64,000 bases of DNA, taken from NCBI GenBank assembly GCA_032654565.1, contig JAULAX010000018.1:160001-224000 (forward strand), in the 5' to 3' direction. This DNA is from Anaeromyxobacteraceae bacterium. Lineage in GTDB: Bacteria; Myxococcota; Myxococcia; Myxococcales; Anaeromyxobacteraceae. Of the stretch, positions 22,254 to 33,816 are shown piece after piece (positions within the stretch are counted from its first letter, which is position 1; each line of letters opens with the position of its first letter). The translations under genes and the position numbers were made by a program. Below the pieces are notes generated by a model. It worked only from the letters and a program-made list of their open reading frames with translations, made no database searches and was not told the origin of the DNA.

Positions 22254-23614
22254 GCCGAGACCCTCCGCTTCACCGCGGTCCGCACCCCGTCGACGATCTC
22301 GCGCTGCGAGGGGAGCACGCCGCCCATCCGCCGCACGTGGCGGATGTCGATGCCGTGGCCGACGCCGGCGTGGCTGAGCGCCAGCCGCAGCTCGTCCTCC
22401 AGCTGCCCCTCGCTGGCCTCCACCACCACGATCTGCCGGACCCCGTCGAGCAGCGGCTTGAGCGGCTTGATGGGGAAGGGCCAGAGGGTCTGGGGGCGGA
22501 AGAGCCCGGCGGCGATCCCGAGATCGCGCAGCGCCCGCACCGCCCCCTTGGCCATGCGGGCCGGGGTGTTGCAGGCCACCAGCAGCACCTCGGCCCCCTG
22601 GCAGCGGTAGAGGTCGGCGCGCTGCTCGGCCTTGACCATCTTCAGGTACTTGGCCTGCAGGTGGCGGTTGTGGGCCTCCAGGTCGGCCTCGGCGAGGTGG
22701 AAGGAGTTGATGAGGTTGCCGCGGTGGGCGGCGTCGCCGAAGACCGCCCAGGACGGCAGGCCGGGCCGCACCGAGGACGCCGGCAGCGTCACCTTGCCGG
22801 TCATCTGGCCGAGGTAGCCGTCGGCGGCGATCACCACCGGGTTGCGGTACTCGAAGCTGAGCTCGAAGGCGAGCTGGGTGTAGTCGAGCATCTCCTGCGG
22901 CGTGGCCGGCGCCAGCACGATGGCGTGGGTGCCGCCGTGGCCGAGGCCGCGGCACATCAGCTTGATGTCCGACTGCTCCGGCCCGATCCCGCCCAGCCCC
23001 GGGCCGCCGCGCATGACGTTGACGATCACCCCCGGCACCTCGGCGCCGATCATGTAGCTCACCCCCTCCAGCATCAGGCTGAAGCCGGGGGAGGAGGTGA
23101 AGGTCATGGAGGGGAGGCCGGCGCCGCCGCAGCCGTACATCATGTTCACCGCCGCCAGCTCGCTCACCGCCTGGACGAAGTGGCCGTCGAGCTGGGGCAG
23201 CAGCCGGGCCATCAGCTCGGCCCCCTCGGTGGACGGGGTGATGGGGTAGCCGAAGAAGTGGCGGCAGCCGGCCAGCAGGGCGCCGATGGCCGAGGCGTGG
23301 GCCCCCTTCAAGATGAGCGGCCGCCCCTCCGGCAGCGGTCGCCGCTCGGCGGGGAGGTCGACCGGCACCGGCCGCGGGCGGGGCGGAGCGTCGTCGGCCA
23401 CCCGCAGCCCCCAGGGCTCGGGGCAGGCGTCGACGCAGACCGCACAGCCGTTGCACTCGTCGAGGTGGAGCGAGACCGGGATCAGCCCGGTCAGGGAGTT
23501 GATCTCCTGGCCCGGCACGATGAAGCCGTGGGCGCAGGCGTCGACGCAGCGGTTGCAGCCCTTGCAGTACTCCGGCTCGAGGCCAGGCCGTGGTCGCTTC
23601 GACTCCGTCGCCAT
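22250..23614 (-). CDS. 2-oxoacid:acceptor oxidoreductase, ferredoxin(delta)-alpha fusion, Vor-like
   Basis: Two CxxCxxCxxxC clusters at the N-terminus, then GYPITPS, TSSPGFSL and RGGPGLG. Confidence 0.88.
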   Translation of the reverse strand: MATESKRPRPGLEPEYCKGCNRCVDACAHGFIVPGQEINSLTGLIPVSLHLDECNGCAVCVDACPEPWGLRVADDAPPRPRPVPVDLPAERRPLPEGRPLILKGAHASAIGALLAGCRHFFGYPITPSTEGAELMARLLPQLDGHFVQAVSELAAVNMMYGCGGAGLPSMTFTSSPGFSLMLEGVSYMIGAEVPGVIVNVMRGGPGLGGIGPEQSDIKLMCRGLGHGGTHAIVLAPATPQEMLDYTQLAFELSFEYRNPVVIAADGYLGQMTGKVTLPASSVRPGLPSWAVFGDAAHRGNLINSFHLAEADLEAHNRHLQAKYLKMVKAEQRADLYRCQGAEVLLVACNTPARMAKGAVRALRDLGIAAGLFRPQTLWPFPIKPLKPLLDGVRQIVVVEASEGQLEDELRLALSHAGVGHGIDIRHVRRMGGVLPSQREIVDGVRTAVKRRVSA

Positions 23615-23680
23615 CTCCGACCTCCTCGCTGTTCCCTCGACCCCCGGATCTTGGCACCGGTCTAGACAGTTTGCGAGCGC

Positions 23681-24907
23681 TCAATCCGACCCGCGAGGGT
23701 CCTCCGGCCAGCCCACCGCCCCGCGCTGCGGCCAGTCGTCGAGCCGGACGCAGCCCCGCCGCAACGCGTCGAGCGGGTAGGGGGTCCCCCGCCAGACCAC
23801 CCCGCCTCGCCAGAGGGCCGTGGCGGTGCTGCCGAGCAGCACGCCGGCCAGCAGCGCCGAGGAGAGCGGCAGCGCCAGCCCCTCCAGCCCGCTGCCGCCC
23901 GCCAGCCGCCGCGCCGCCCCGCCATGGATGGTGACGCCGACCAGCAGGGCGCCGCCGGCCAGGGCCGCCGCCAGCACCTCACCGCGGGCCAGCGCCAGCA
24001 CCACCAGCGCCAGCGGCCCCAGCCCGGCCAGCGCCAGGGCCAGCGAGGCCGCCACCGCCACCCCGGGCCGGTACTCGGTCCCGGCGAAGGCGTTCTTCAC
24101 CAGGCCGAGCACCGAGGGCCAGAGGCCGTGCTGCCAGCGGACCGAGACCAGCCCGCCTCCGGAGACCGCCCCCTGGGGCACGCCGCTGCGGCGCAGCACC
24201 AGCCCCAGCTTGAGGTCGTCGACCACCTCCAGCCGCAGCCGCTGGTGGCCGCCGATCCGCTCCCAGTCGGCGCGCCGCACCAGGTTGAAGGCGCCCACGC
24301 CGACGAAGGCGCTGCTGCCGGCCACCCGGAGGCGGTGGACCTGGAAGGCCAGCGAGGCGAAGGCGCCGAAGCCGGTGACGAAGGCCCGCTCCAGGAAGCC
24401 CGGGGCGACGAAGCGCGGGGCCGCCGCCAGGTGGCCGAGGCGGTGGGTCCGGGCGTGGCCGAGGGCGCGGGCCAGCGCCCCGGGCCCGAAGACCACGTCA
24501 CCATCGGTGAAGAGGATCCACTCGCCGGTGGCGCGCCGCCCCCCGGCCTCGAGGGCGTGGTTCTTCCCCAGCCAGCCGGCGGGGAGGGCGGTGACGTGGA
24601 CCACGGCGAGGCGGGGGTCCTCGGCCGCCAGCCGGTCGAGGATGGCGCCGGTGGCGTCGGTGGAGCGATCGTCGACCGCCACCACCTGCAGCGACGGGAG
24701 CCGCTGCGCCAGCAGGGAGCGGACCGCCGCCTCGACGCCCCGGGCCTCGTCGCGGCAGGGGACCACCACCGAGAGCGGGGGCGGGTGGGGGTCGGGCGGC
24801 AGCGCCTCCAGGTCGGGCAGGGCCCGGTCGGCCCGCCAGGCCAGCCAGGCCACCCCCAGCCAGCCCCCCAGGGCGGCGGCGGCGAGGGCGAGGAGGAGGC
24901 CGGACAT
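23681..24907 (-). CDS. Membrane glycosyltransferase, family 2
   Basis: VVVPCRDE, DDRSTD, GWLGKNHA, FTDGD and VDDLKLG motifs; TM segments at both ends. Confidence 0.85.
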   Translation of the reverse strand: MSGLLLALAAAALGGWLGVAWLAWRADRALPDLEALPPDPHPPPLSVVVPCRDEARGVEAAVRSLLAQRLPSLQVVAVDDRSTDATGAILDRLAAEDPRLAVVHVTALPAGWLGKNHALEAGGRRATGEWILFTDGDVVFGPGALARALGHARTHRLGHLAAAPRFVAPGFLERAFVTGFGAFASLAFQVHRLRVAGSSAFVGVGAFNLVRRADWERIGGHQRLRLEVVDDLKLGLVLRRSGVPQGAVSGGGLVSVRWQHGLWPSVLGLVKNAFAGTEYRPGVAVAASLALALAGLGPLALVVLALARGEVLAAALAGGALLVGVTIHGGAARRLAGGSGLEGLALPLSSALLAGVLLGSTATALWRGGVVWRGTPYPLDALRRGCVRLDDWPQRGAVGWPEDPRGSD

Positions 24908-24985
24908 GGTCCGGTTGTAGCGCGGACCGTGCCGTTCGCCGAAATCTGGCGTGGCCGATGGTGGCGGCGGGGAGTCTCACCTGTC

Positions 24986-25461
24986 ATGCGTGAACCTCGA
25001 CGCTCGTCCGGCGCCCTGGCCGAGGCCCGCCCCGGCGATCTCGGCCAGGCCTTCGAGTTCATGCGCGCCCTCTGGGCGGTGGACCACCAGCTGCAGACGG
25101 CGTCGAAGCGGCTGGAGGCCAGCGTCGGGGTGACCGGTCCGCAGCGGATGGTGATCCGGCTGGTGGGCCATTACCCGGGCATCTCGGCCGGGAAGGTGTC
25201 GGAGCTGCTCCACCTCCACCCCAGCACGCTGACCGGGGTGCTGCAGCGGCTGGAGAAGGCCGGGCTGCTGTCGCGCCGCTCCGACCCGGCCGACGGCCGC
25301 AAGGCCAGGCTGCTGCTGACCGGGCGCGGGCGGTCGATCGACGCAGTGCGTGGTGGAACGGTCGAGGCCGGGTTCGCCGGGCCCTGGCCCGCCTCTCACC
25401 CCGCGCCGTCGCCGCCGCGCGCGAGGTGCTCGACGCGCTTTCCGACGAGTTGTCGCGCTGA
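24986..25461 (+). pseudogene. MarR-family regulator with an apparent 1-nt frameshift near 25370
   Basis: wHTH (STLTGVLQRLEKAGLL...DGRK) in the first frame. A plausible C-terminal helix, VRRALARLSPRAVAAAREVLDALSDELSR*, continues in the -1 frame after GCCGGGTT. Confidence 0.75.
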
Positions 25462-25713
25462 TCGGTCCCCTCCGGGCCGCTCGGAGCGCCCGGGTCGAGT
25501 GCGACGGTCGGTGAACCGGTCAACGGTCATTGTAGACTGGTGCGGGCGATGACCCGCAAAAAAAGTCCCCCGGGAACTGCTCTGGATCACCACAACCGGG
25601 CCCGGATCCCGTAGATTGCGCACCCGTTTCAACCGGGATCCCCCCGCCGCACACATCGCTTGGAGGCTGGCCCGACACGCCGGCGCCCCAGCCAGGAAGA
25701 AGGGAACCAACTC

Positions 25714-26379
25714 ATGCGACTGCTCTCGGACTCGATCGGAAGAAAGGTCGTGATGGCGATCACGGGCCTGCTCATGGTCCTGTTCGTCGTCGGCCACCTG
25801 CTCGGCAACCTGAGCATCTACGCGGGGCCTGACGGCATCAACACCTACGCCGCCAAGCTCCACTCCATGCCGGTGGTGGTCTGGATCACCCGGATCGTGA
25901 TGGGGATCGCGGTCCTCTTCCACATCATCATCTCCATCCAGATCACCCTGGAGAACAACAAGGCCAACCCGACCAAGTACGCGGTCGACCGGAGCCTGCG
26001 CGCCACCTTCGCCAGCAAGAACATGATCTGGACCGGGGTGGTCATCGGCCTCTTCATCGGCTACCACCTGCTCCACTTCACGGTCCGGTCGCTGCCCGGC
26101 GTGGTGCTGCTGCAGGACATGCTGGGCCGCTTCGACGTCTACTCGATGGTCTCCGACGCCTTCTCGCGCGGCGGCATCGCCATCCTCTACGTGGTGGCCA
26201 TGGTCGGGCTCTTCCTCCACCTCTCGCACGGCATCCAGAGCACCTTCCAGTCGCTGGGGCTGAACAACCCCAAGACCATGCCGGGCTTCACCACCGGCGG
26301 AAAGCTGCTCTCCGTGCTCTTCCTCGTCGGCTACGGGTCGATTCCCGTGCTCTTTCTCGTTGGCCTTCTCGCCAAGTAA
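25714..26379 (+). CDS. sdhC: Succinate dehydrogenase/fumarate reductase cytochrome b subunit
   Basis: [18 protein letters not shown], five TM helices with conserved His residues; first gene of the operon. Confidence 0.92.
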   Translation: MRLLSDSIGRKVVMAITGLLMVLFVVGHLLGNLSIYAGPDGINTYAAKLHSMPVVVWITRIVMGIAVLFHIIISIQITLENNKANPTKYAVDRSLRATFASKNMIWTGVVIGLFIGYHLLHFTVRSLPGVVLLQDMLGRFDVYSMVSDAFSRGGIAILYVVAMVGLFLHLSHGIQSTFQSLGLNNPKTMPGFTTGGKLLSVLFLVGYGSIPVLFLVGLLAK

Positions 26380-26390
26380 GGGGAACAACC

Positions 26391-28309
<1,919 letters not shown>

Positions 28310-28310
<1 letters not shown>

Positions 28311-29122
28311 TGAGCGCCCACACCGAGCACGCGACCATGAACATCAAGCTCATCGTCTGGCGCCAGCCGGCAGCCGACAAGCCGGGTCAGTTCGAGACCT
28401 ACGAGGCCAAGAACATCACGCCCCACCACTCCTTCCTGGAGATGCTGGACGTGGTGAACGAGGACCTGATCAAGGCGGGGAAGGACCCCATCGCCTTCGA
28501 CCACGACTGCCGCGAAGGCATCTGCGGGATGTGCTCCGCGGTGGTCAACGGCGTCCCGCACGGCGGCCACGAGCGCACCACGCTCTGCCAGCTGCACATG
28601 CGGAAGTTCAAGGACGGCGACGCCATCTACGTCGAGCCGTGGCGGGCCCGGGCCTTCCCCATCCTCAAGGACCTGATCGTCGACCGGGGGGCGCTCGACA
28701 AGCTGATCCAGACGGCCGGCTACGTCTCCTGCCACACCGGCGGCGTGGCCGACGGCAACGCCATCCTGGTGGGCAAGCCGCAGGCCGACTACGCCATGGA
28801 CGCCGCCGAGTGCATCGGCTGCGGCGCCTGCGTGGCCGCCTGCCCCAACAGCGCCGCCATGCTCTTCGCCGGCGCCAAGGTGTCGCAGCTGGCCGAGCTG
28901 CCGCAGGGCCAGGTGGAGGCGCCCCAGCGCGTCGCCGCCATGGTCAACGCCATGGCCGAGCTCGGCTTCGGCAACTGCAGCAACCACTACGAGTGCGAGG
29001 GGGCCTGCCCCAAGGGCATCAAGGTGAAGTTCATCGCCCGCATGAACCGCGAGTTCACCAAGGCCCTCTTCCTGGAGAAGATCGGCGCCATCTCCACGGT
29101 CAAGGTCGCCTCGGACGGCTAG
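28310..29122 (+). CDS. sdhB: Succinate dehydrogenase/fumarate reductase Fe-S subunit
   Basis: [21 protein letters not shown] and [12 protein letters not shown] clusters. Confidence 0.95.
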
Positions 29123-29227
29123 CGCTCCACCGGCCCGGCCGGCACCATCCACGGGGCAGGGGCCAGCCGGTCCCTGCCCCGGTTCGTTTCGGCGGGCCGG
29201 GACGGCCCGCGGCAGCAGGGAGGAATC

Positions 29228-30118
29228 GTGAGCCTCGACCCCGAACTGACGGCGCAGCTGAAGCGGGTGCTGGCGGCGCTGGAGCCGCTGCTCCCCCGGC
29301 CGGCCCCGGCCATCGACTGGGCCACCTGCCACGCCGCCAACTGGCACCGCGGCCCGTTCTCCGGGGTCCTCGAGCCGGTGCCGGAGATCGAGGCCATGCA
29401 CCTCGACGACCTGCTGGGCATCGAGGCGCAGAAGCAGGCGGTGGAGGGCAACACCCGCCAGTTCCTGGCCGGGCTCCCGGCCAACAACGCCCTGCTCTGG
29501 GGGACGCGCGGCACCGGCAAGTCGTCGCTGGTGCGGGCCCTGCTCCACGCCTACGCCGCAGAGGGGCTGCGCATCATCCAGGTGGACAAGGACGACCTGG
29601 TCAGCCTGCCGGCCATCGTCGAGTCCCTCAAGGCCGAGCCCTGGCGCTTCCTGGTCTTCTCCGACGACCTCTCCTTCGAGACCGGCGACCCCAGCTACAA
29701 GGTGCTGAAGAGCGCCCTCGACGGCTCGGTCTACGCGCTGCCCCCCAACGTGCTCATCTACGTCACCTCCAACCGGCGCCACCTGGTGGCCGAGTACGAG
29801 AGCGACAACCGCGGCGCCATGATGGTGGAGGGCGAGGTGCACCACGGCGAGGCGGTGGAGGAGAAGATCTCGCTCTCCGGCCGCTTCGGCCTCTGGGTGG
29901 CCTTCCACCCCTTCAGCCAGGACCGCTACGTGGAGGTGGCGCGGCAGTGGGTCGCGCGCCTGGCCGAGCGGGCCGGCGCCCCCACCCCGTGGACCGCCGA
30001 CGCCGAGGCCGAGGCCATCCTCTGGTCGCAGAAGAAGGGCGACCGGAGCGGCCGCATCGCCTGGCAGTTCGCCTGCGACTGGGTCGGTCGAGAGGCGCTG
30101 AAGCGGGTCCGGACCTGA
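29228..30118 (+). CDS. DUF815-family AAA+ ATP-binding protein
   Basis: ANNALLWGTRGTGKSS, DDLSFE, TSNRRHL and EEKISLS motifs. Confidence 0.88.
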   Translation: MSLDPELTAQLKRVLAALEPLLPRPAPAIDWATCHAANWHRGPFSGVLEPVPEIEAMHLDDLLGIEAQKQAVEGNTRQFLAGLPANNALLWGTRGTGKSSLVRALLHAYAAEGLRIIQVDKDDLVSLPAIVESLKAEPWRFLVFSDDLSFETGDPSYKVLKSALDGSVYALPPNVLIYVTSNRRHLVAEYESDNRGAMMVEGEVHHGEAVEEKISLSGRFGLWVAFHPFSQDRYVEVARQWVARLAERAGAPTPWTADAEAEAILWSQKKGDRSGRIAWQFACDWVGREALKRVRT

Positions 30119-30132
30119 CGTAGAGTGGAGCC

Positions 30133-31053
30133 ATGACCAGCGCCCCGACCTCCGACCTGCGCCGCTTCGCCTTCCTCTCCATCGCCGCGGCGGTGGTGAC
30201 GATCGCCATGAAGGCGGTGGCCTGGCGGATGACCGGCTCGGTCGGCCTGCTCTCCGACGCCCTGGAGTCGCTGGTCAACCTGGTGGCCGCCGTCATCACC
30301 CTGGTGATGCTGATCGTGGCGGCGCGCCCGCCCGACGAGAACCACGCCTACGGCCACGAGAAGGCCGAGTACTTCGCCAGCGGCGCCGAGGGGGCGCTGA
30401 TCCTGCTGGCCGCCGTCGGCATCGCCTGGACCGCCGTCGACCGGCTGCTCCACCCCGCCGGCCTGGAGCAGGTGGGCTGGGGCGTGCTGGTCTCCACCGG
30501 CGCCTCGCTGGTCAACTTCGGCGTGGCCCGGGTGCTGCTGGCCGCCGGCAAGCGCCACCACTCCATCGCCCTGGAGGCCGACGCCCGCCACCTGCTCACC
30601 GACGTCTGGACCACCGCCGGGGTGCTGGCGGCGCTCGGCCTGGTCGCGGTCACCGGCTGGATCATCCTCGATCCCATCATCGCCCTGGTGGTGGCGGCCC
30701 AGATCATCTGGACCGGCGTCCAGCTGCTGCGCCGCTCGGCGCTGGGGCTGCTCGACTCGGCGCTGGCCCCCGAGGAGCAGGCGGCCGTGCGGGCGGTGCT
30801 GGCCCGCCACGAGGGGCCGGCGCTGCAGTTCCACGCGGTGCGGACCCGGCAGGCGGCGTCGCGCCGCTTCGTCTCCATGCACATCCTCGTCCCCGGCAGC
30901 TGGTCGGTGCGGCAGGGGCACGAGCTGGCCGAGCTGATCGAGTCGGAGGTGCGCGGGGTGATCCACAACGCCACCGTCTTCACCCACCTGGAGGCCATCG
31001 AGGATCCGGCCTCGTTCCAGGACCAGGGTTTGGACCGGAGCCCGGCGCCGTAG
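30133..31053 (+). CDS. Cation diffusion facilitator (FieF-like) transporter
   Basis: GSVGLLSDALES, PPDENHAYGHEKAE and HLLTD motifs, plus a C-terminal metal-binding domain. Confidence 0.92.
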   Translation: MTSAPTSDLRRFAFLSIAAAVVTIAMKAVAWRMTGSVGLLSDALESLVNLVAAVITLVMLIVAARPPDENHAYGHEKAEYFASGAEGALILLAAVGIAWTAVDRLLHPAGLEQVGWGVLVSTGASLVNFGVARVLLAAGKRHHSIALEADARHLLTDVWTTAGVLAALGLVAVTGWIILDPIIALVVAAQIIWTGVQLLRRSALGLLDSALAPEEQAAVRAVLARHEGPALQFHAVRTRQAASRRFVSMHILVPGSWSVRQGHELAELIESEVRGVIHNATVFTHLEAIEDPASFQDQGLDRSPAP

Positions 31054-31142
31054 GTCGCCGCGACGCCTCGCCAGCGGACTGCGGAGCGACGGGGCCACCG
31101 ACCGAAGGCCGGCGGCGGCGTCGGGGGCGCGACAGGCCGGAG

Positions 31143-31385
31143 CGCTCCCCGCGCCTGCGGCGCGCCCTCTCGCCAGGGCGTGGCCTCGGGATCGGGCGGG
31201 GCTGGGGCTGCGAGAGTCGCACTCCGGGCCCGCCGCACCCCCGCACCGCCTCGCGAGCGGAGCAACGGACCTCCCTGCGGAGCGACGGGACGACGCCGGC
31301 TCGGGCGCGACTCTCGCAGCCCCCTTTCCGCCCGCTGGCTCGGCCACCTCGCCGGCGAGAGGGCGCGCCGCAGGCGCGGGGAGCG
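31143..31385. repeat. Long nested inverted repeat (243-nt fold-back), MITE/REP-like
   Basis: Perfect 32-bp arms at 31143-31174 and 31354-31385; perfect inner 17-bp arms at 31204-31220 and 31307-31323. Confidence 0.85.
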
Positions 31386-31565
31386 ACCCGACCGGCGACG
31401 CCCCGCCGCGCAGCCCCCGGTCCCGCTCCCGCTCCCGGTCCCGCACCCGGTCCAGCCGCCGGTCCAAGGCCGCCGGGGTGCGGCCTTGAGGGCCTGCCGC
31501 GGGACCTTGCGATTGGAGCCCACCCTCATCAAAGACGGCGGCGGCCCTCAAGCCTGCGAACCAGG

Positions 31566-31609
31566 CTTGCGACGGCGCCACCAGAAGCCGGCCCCGTCGC
31601 GATTGGGCC
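31566..31609 (-). repeat. Conserved hairpin end motif, copy B
   Basis: Minus strand reads GGCCCAATCGCG-ACGGGGCC-GGCTTCTGG-TGGCGCCGT-CGCAAG and aligns to 9349-9391. Confidence 0.7.
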
Positions 31610-31652
31610 GTTCGCTTCCCTGCCCTCGATCCCGCTGCTACATTCGTCGGCC

Positions 31653-32420
31653 GTGCGGGTGCTCATCTCCAACGACGACGGCGTCCACGCCGCGGGCCTG
31701 CGCGCGCTGGCGGCCGCCTTCGAGGGCGACGAGGTCTGGGTCTGCGCCCCGGACCGCGAGCAGTCGGCCTCGTCGCACGCCATCTCGCTCCACCGCCCGC
31801 TCCGGCTCCACGAGGTGGCGCCGCGCTGGTTCGCGGTCGACGGCACCCCCACCGACGCCGTCTACGTGGGGCTCAACCTGGTGCTCAAGGAGCGCTGGCC
31901 GGACGTGGTGGTCTCCGGCATCAACCACGGCCCCAACCTGGGGAACGACGTCCACTACTCGGGGACCGTGGCCGCCGCCATGGAGGGGGCGCTGCTGGGT
32001 GTCCCGGCCATCGCCGTCTCGCTGGCGGCCGCGCCGCCGCACGACTTCACCGCGGCGGCGCGCCTGGCCGTGGAGCTGGCGCGGGCGCTGGTGGCCTCCC
32101 GCCCCGCCGCCCCGGTGCTGCTCAACGTCAACGTGCCCCCCGGCGTGGTGCGCGGCTGGCGGCTGGCCCGGCTGGGCAAGCGGACCTACGGCAACGAGGT
32201 GGTGACCAAGATCGACCCCCGCGGCCGCCGCTACTACTGGATCGGCGGCGAGGGAGGGGCGGTCAACCACGACATCCCCGGCTCCGACTGCAACGCGGTG
32301 ATGGAGGAGGGGCTGGCCTCGGTGACGCCGCTGCAGCTCGACGCCACCGACGGCGCCGGGCTCGGGCCGCTCCAGGCCGTGCTGCTCCCGGGCTTTCCGC
32401 GGGAGCCCGGGCCTTGCTAG
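31653..32420 (+). CDS. surE: 5'/3'-nucleotidase SurE
   Basis: LISNDDG, GTPTD, SGINHGPNLG and YSGTVAAAMEG motifs. Confidence 0.95.
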   Translation: MRVLISNDDGVHAAGLRALAAAFEGDEVWVCAPDREQSASSHAISLHRPLRLHEVAPRWFAVDGTPTDAVYVGLNLVLKERWPDVVVSGINHGPNLGNDVHYSGTVAAAMEGALLGVPAIAVSLAAAPPHDFTAAARLAVELARALVASRPAAPVLLNVNVPPGVVRGWRLARLGKRTYGNEVVTKIDPRGRRYYWIGGEGGAVNHDIPGSDCNAVMEEGLASVTPLQLDATDGAGLGPLQAVLLPGFPREPGPC

Positions 32421-32472
32421 CCCGGCCGCCCCGGCGCGGCGCGCGGCCGGCGCGGGCCAGGCGAGGGGCGCC

Positions 32473-33252
32473 GTGAGGCGGGCGGCGCTGGTCGCCACCA
32501 CGCTCTGGCTGGCCGCCTGCGCGGGACCGCGCCCCGCCACTCGCCCCGCCACCGGCGCGCCGGCCCGGTCGCTCCCCATCCCGCTGGCCGCCAGCGAGTT
32601 CCACGAGGAGCCGCAGGTGGTCGGCGTGGTCCACGTGGTGCGCAAGGGCGAGACCGTCTACCGCATCGCCCGGGCCTACGGCGTGGCGCCGGCCGACCTG
32701 CTCGAGGAGAACGGCATCGTCGATCCGAGGCAGGTGGCGGTGGGGACCGAGCTCTTCGTGCCCGGGGCCAGCCGGGTGGTCGGGATGGAGGAGACCACCG
32801 GCAGCTCGCCCACCGCGGTGGGGCGCCCCCCGGGGCGCGGCGCGGCCCCGGCCGTGGAGCCGGAGCACCCGGCGCCGGCGGTGAAGACCCGGCTGGCCTG
32901 GCCGCTCAAGGGGGTGCTCTACGGCCGCTACGGCGTGCGCTCCGGGCGCCGCCACGACGGCATCGATCTCTCCGCGCCGGAGGGGACCACCATCGGGGCC
33001 GCCGCGCCCGGCGCGGTGATCTACGCCGGGGAGCAGTCGGGCTACGGCTCCATCGTCATCCTGCGCCACGACGGCGGGCTGGTGACCCTCTACGCCCACT
33101 GCAGCAAGCTGCTGGTGGACGAGGGGACCACCGTCAAGGCCGGCCAGGCCATCGCCCGGGTGGGCCAGACCGGCCGCAGCTCCGGCCCCCACCTCCACTT
33201 CGAGGTGCGCGAGGGGACGCGGCCGCGCAACCCGCTCCTCTTCCTGCCCTGA
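32473..33252 (+). CDS. NlpD-like LysM/M23 lipoprotein
   Basis: Lipobox LAAC, LysM (HVVRKGETVYRIA), M23 (HDGID, PHLHFEVR); located after surE. Confidence 0.88.
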   Translation: MRRAALVATTLWLAACAGPRPATRPATGAPARSLPIPLAASEFHEEPQVVGVVHVVRKGETVYRIARAYGVAPADLLEENGIVDPRQVAVGTELFVPGASRVVGMEETTGSSPTAVGRPPGRGAAPAVEPEHPAPAVKTRLAWPLKGVLYGRYGVRSGRRHDGIDLSAPEGTTIGAAAPGAVIYAGEQSGYGSIVILRHDGGLVTLYAHCSKLLVDEGTTVKAGQAIARVGQTGRSSGPHLHFEVREGTRPRNPLLFLP

Positions 33253-33280
33253 CCCGACCCCGTGGTAAGAGGAGGTTGAC

Positions 33281-33799
33281 ATGCTCGCCCACGTCCGCGC
33301 CGCCATCCGCGACGTCCCCGACTTTCCCAGGCCCGGGGTGGTCTTCAAGGACATCACCCCCATCCTCTCCGACCCGCGCCTCTTCAGGCAGGTCATCGAC
33401 GCCCTGGCCACCCGCTGGCGCGGCGAGCGGATCGACAAGATCATCGGCATCGAGTCGCGGGGCTTCGTCTTCGCGGCGCCGCTGGCCTACACGCTGGGGG
33501 TGGGGCTGACCATCGTCCGCAAGCCGGGCAAGCTGCCGTGGCGCACCATCCGCGAGGCCTACGCGCTGGAGTACGGCGAGGCGGTGCTGGAGCTGCACCA
33601 GGACGCCTTCCAGCCCGGGGAGCGGGTGCTGGTGGTGGACGACGTGCTGGCCACCGGCGGCACCGCCGAGGCGGCCGGCCGGCTGGTGGCGCGCCAGGGG
33701 GCCACGCTGGCGGGCTACGCCTTCGTGGTCGACCTGACCTTCCTCGGCGGCGCCGCCCGGCTGGGCGCCGGCCAGGTCCACGCGCTGCTCAAGTACTAG
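33281..33799 (+). CDS. apt: Adenine phosphoribosyltransferase
   Basis: [30 protein letters not shown] and [10 protein letters not shown] motifs. Confidence 0.96.
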   Translation: MLAHVRAAIRDVPDFPRPGVVFKDITPILSDPRLFRQVIDALATRWRGERIDKIIGIESRGFVFAAPLAYTLGVGLTIVRKPGKLPWRTIREAYALEYGEAVLELHQDAFQPGERVLVVDDVLATGGTAEAAGRLVARQGATLAGYAFVVDLTFLGGAARLGAGQVHALLKY

Positions 33800-33816
33800 G
33801 CCGGGGAGGTCCAGGG

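Noticed and set aside
23651..23674. TTGGCAC...TTGC as a sigma54 promoter
   Set aside because: Wrong spacing and on the strand opposite the local genes.
25543..25580. Hairpin plus A7 run as a terminator
   Set aside because: The A run is on the wrong side of the stronger stem, and the alternative stem is weak.
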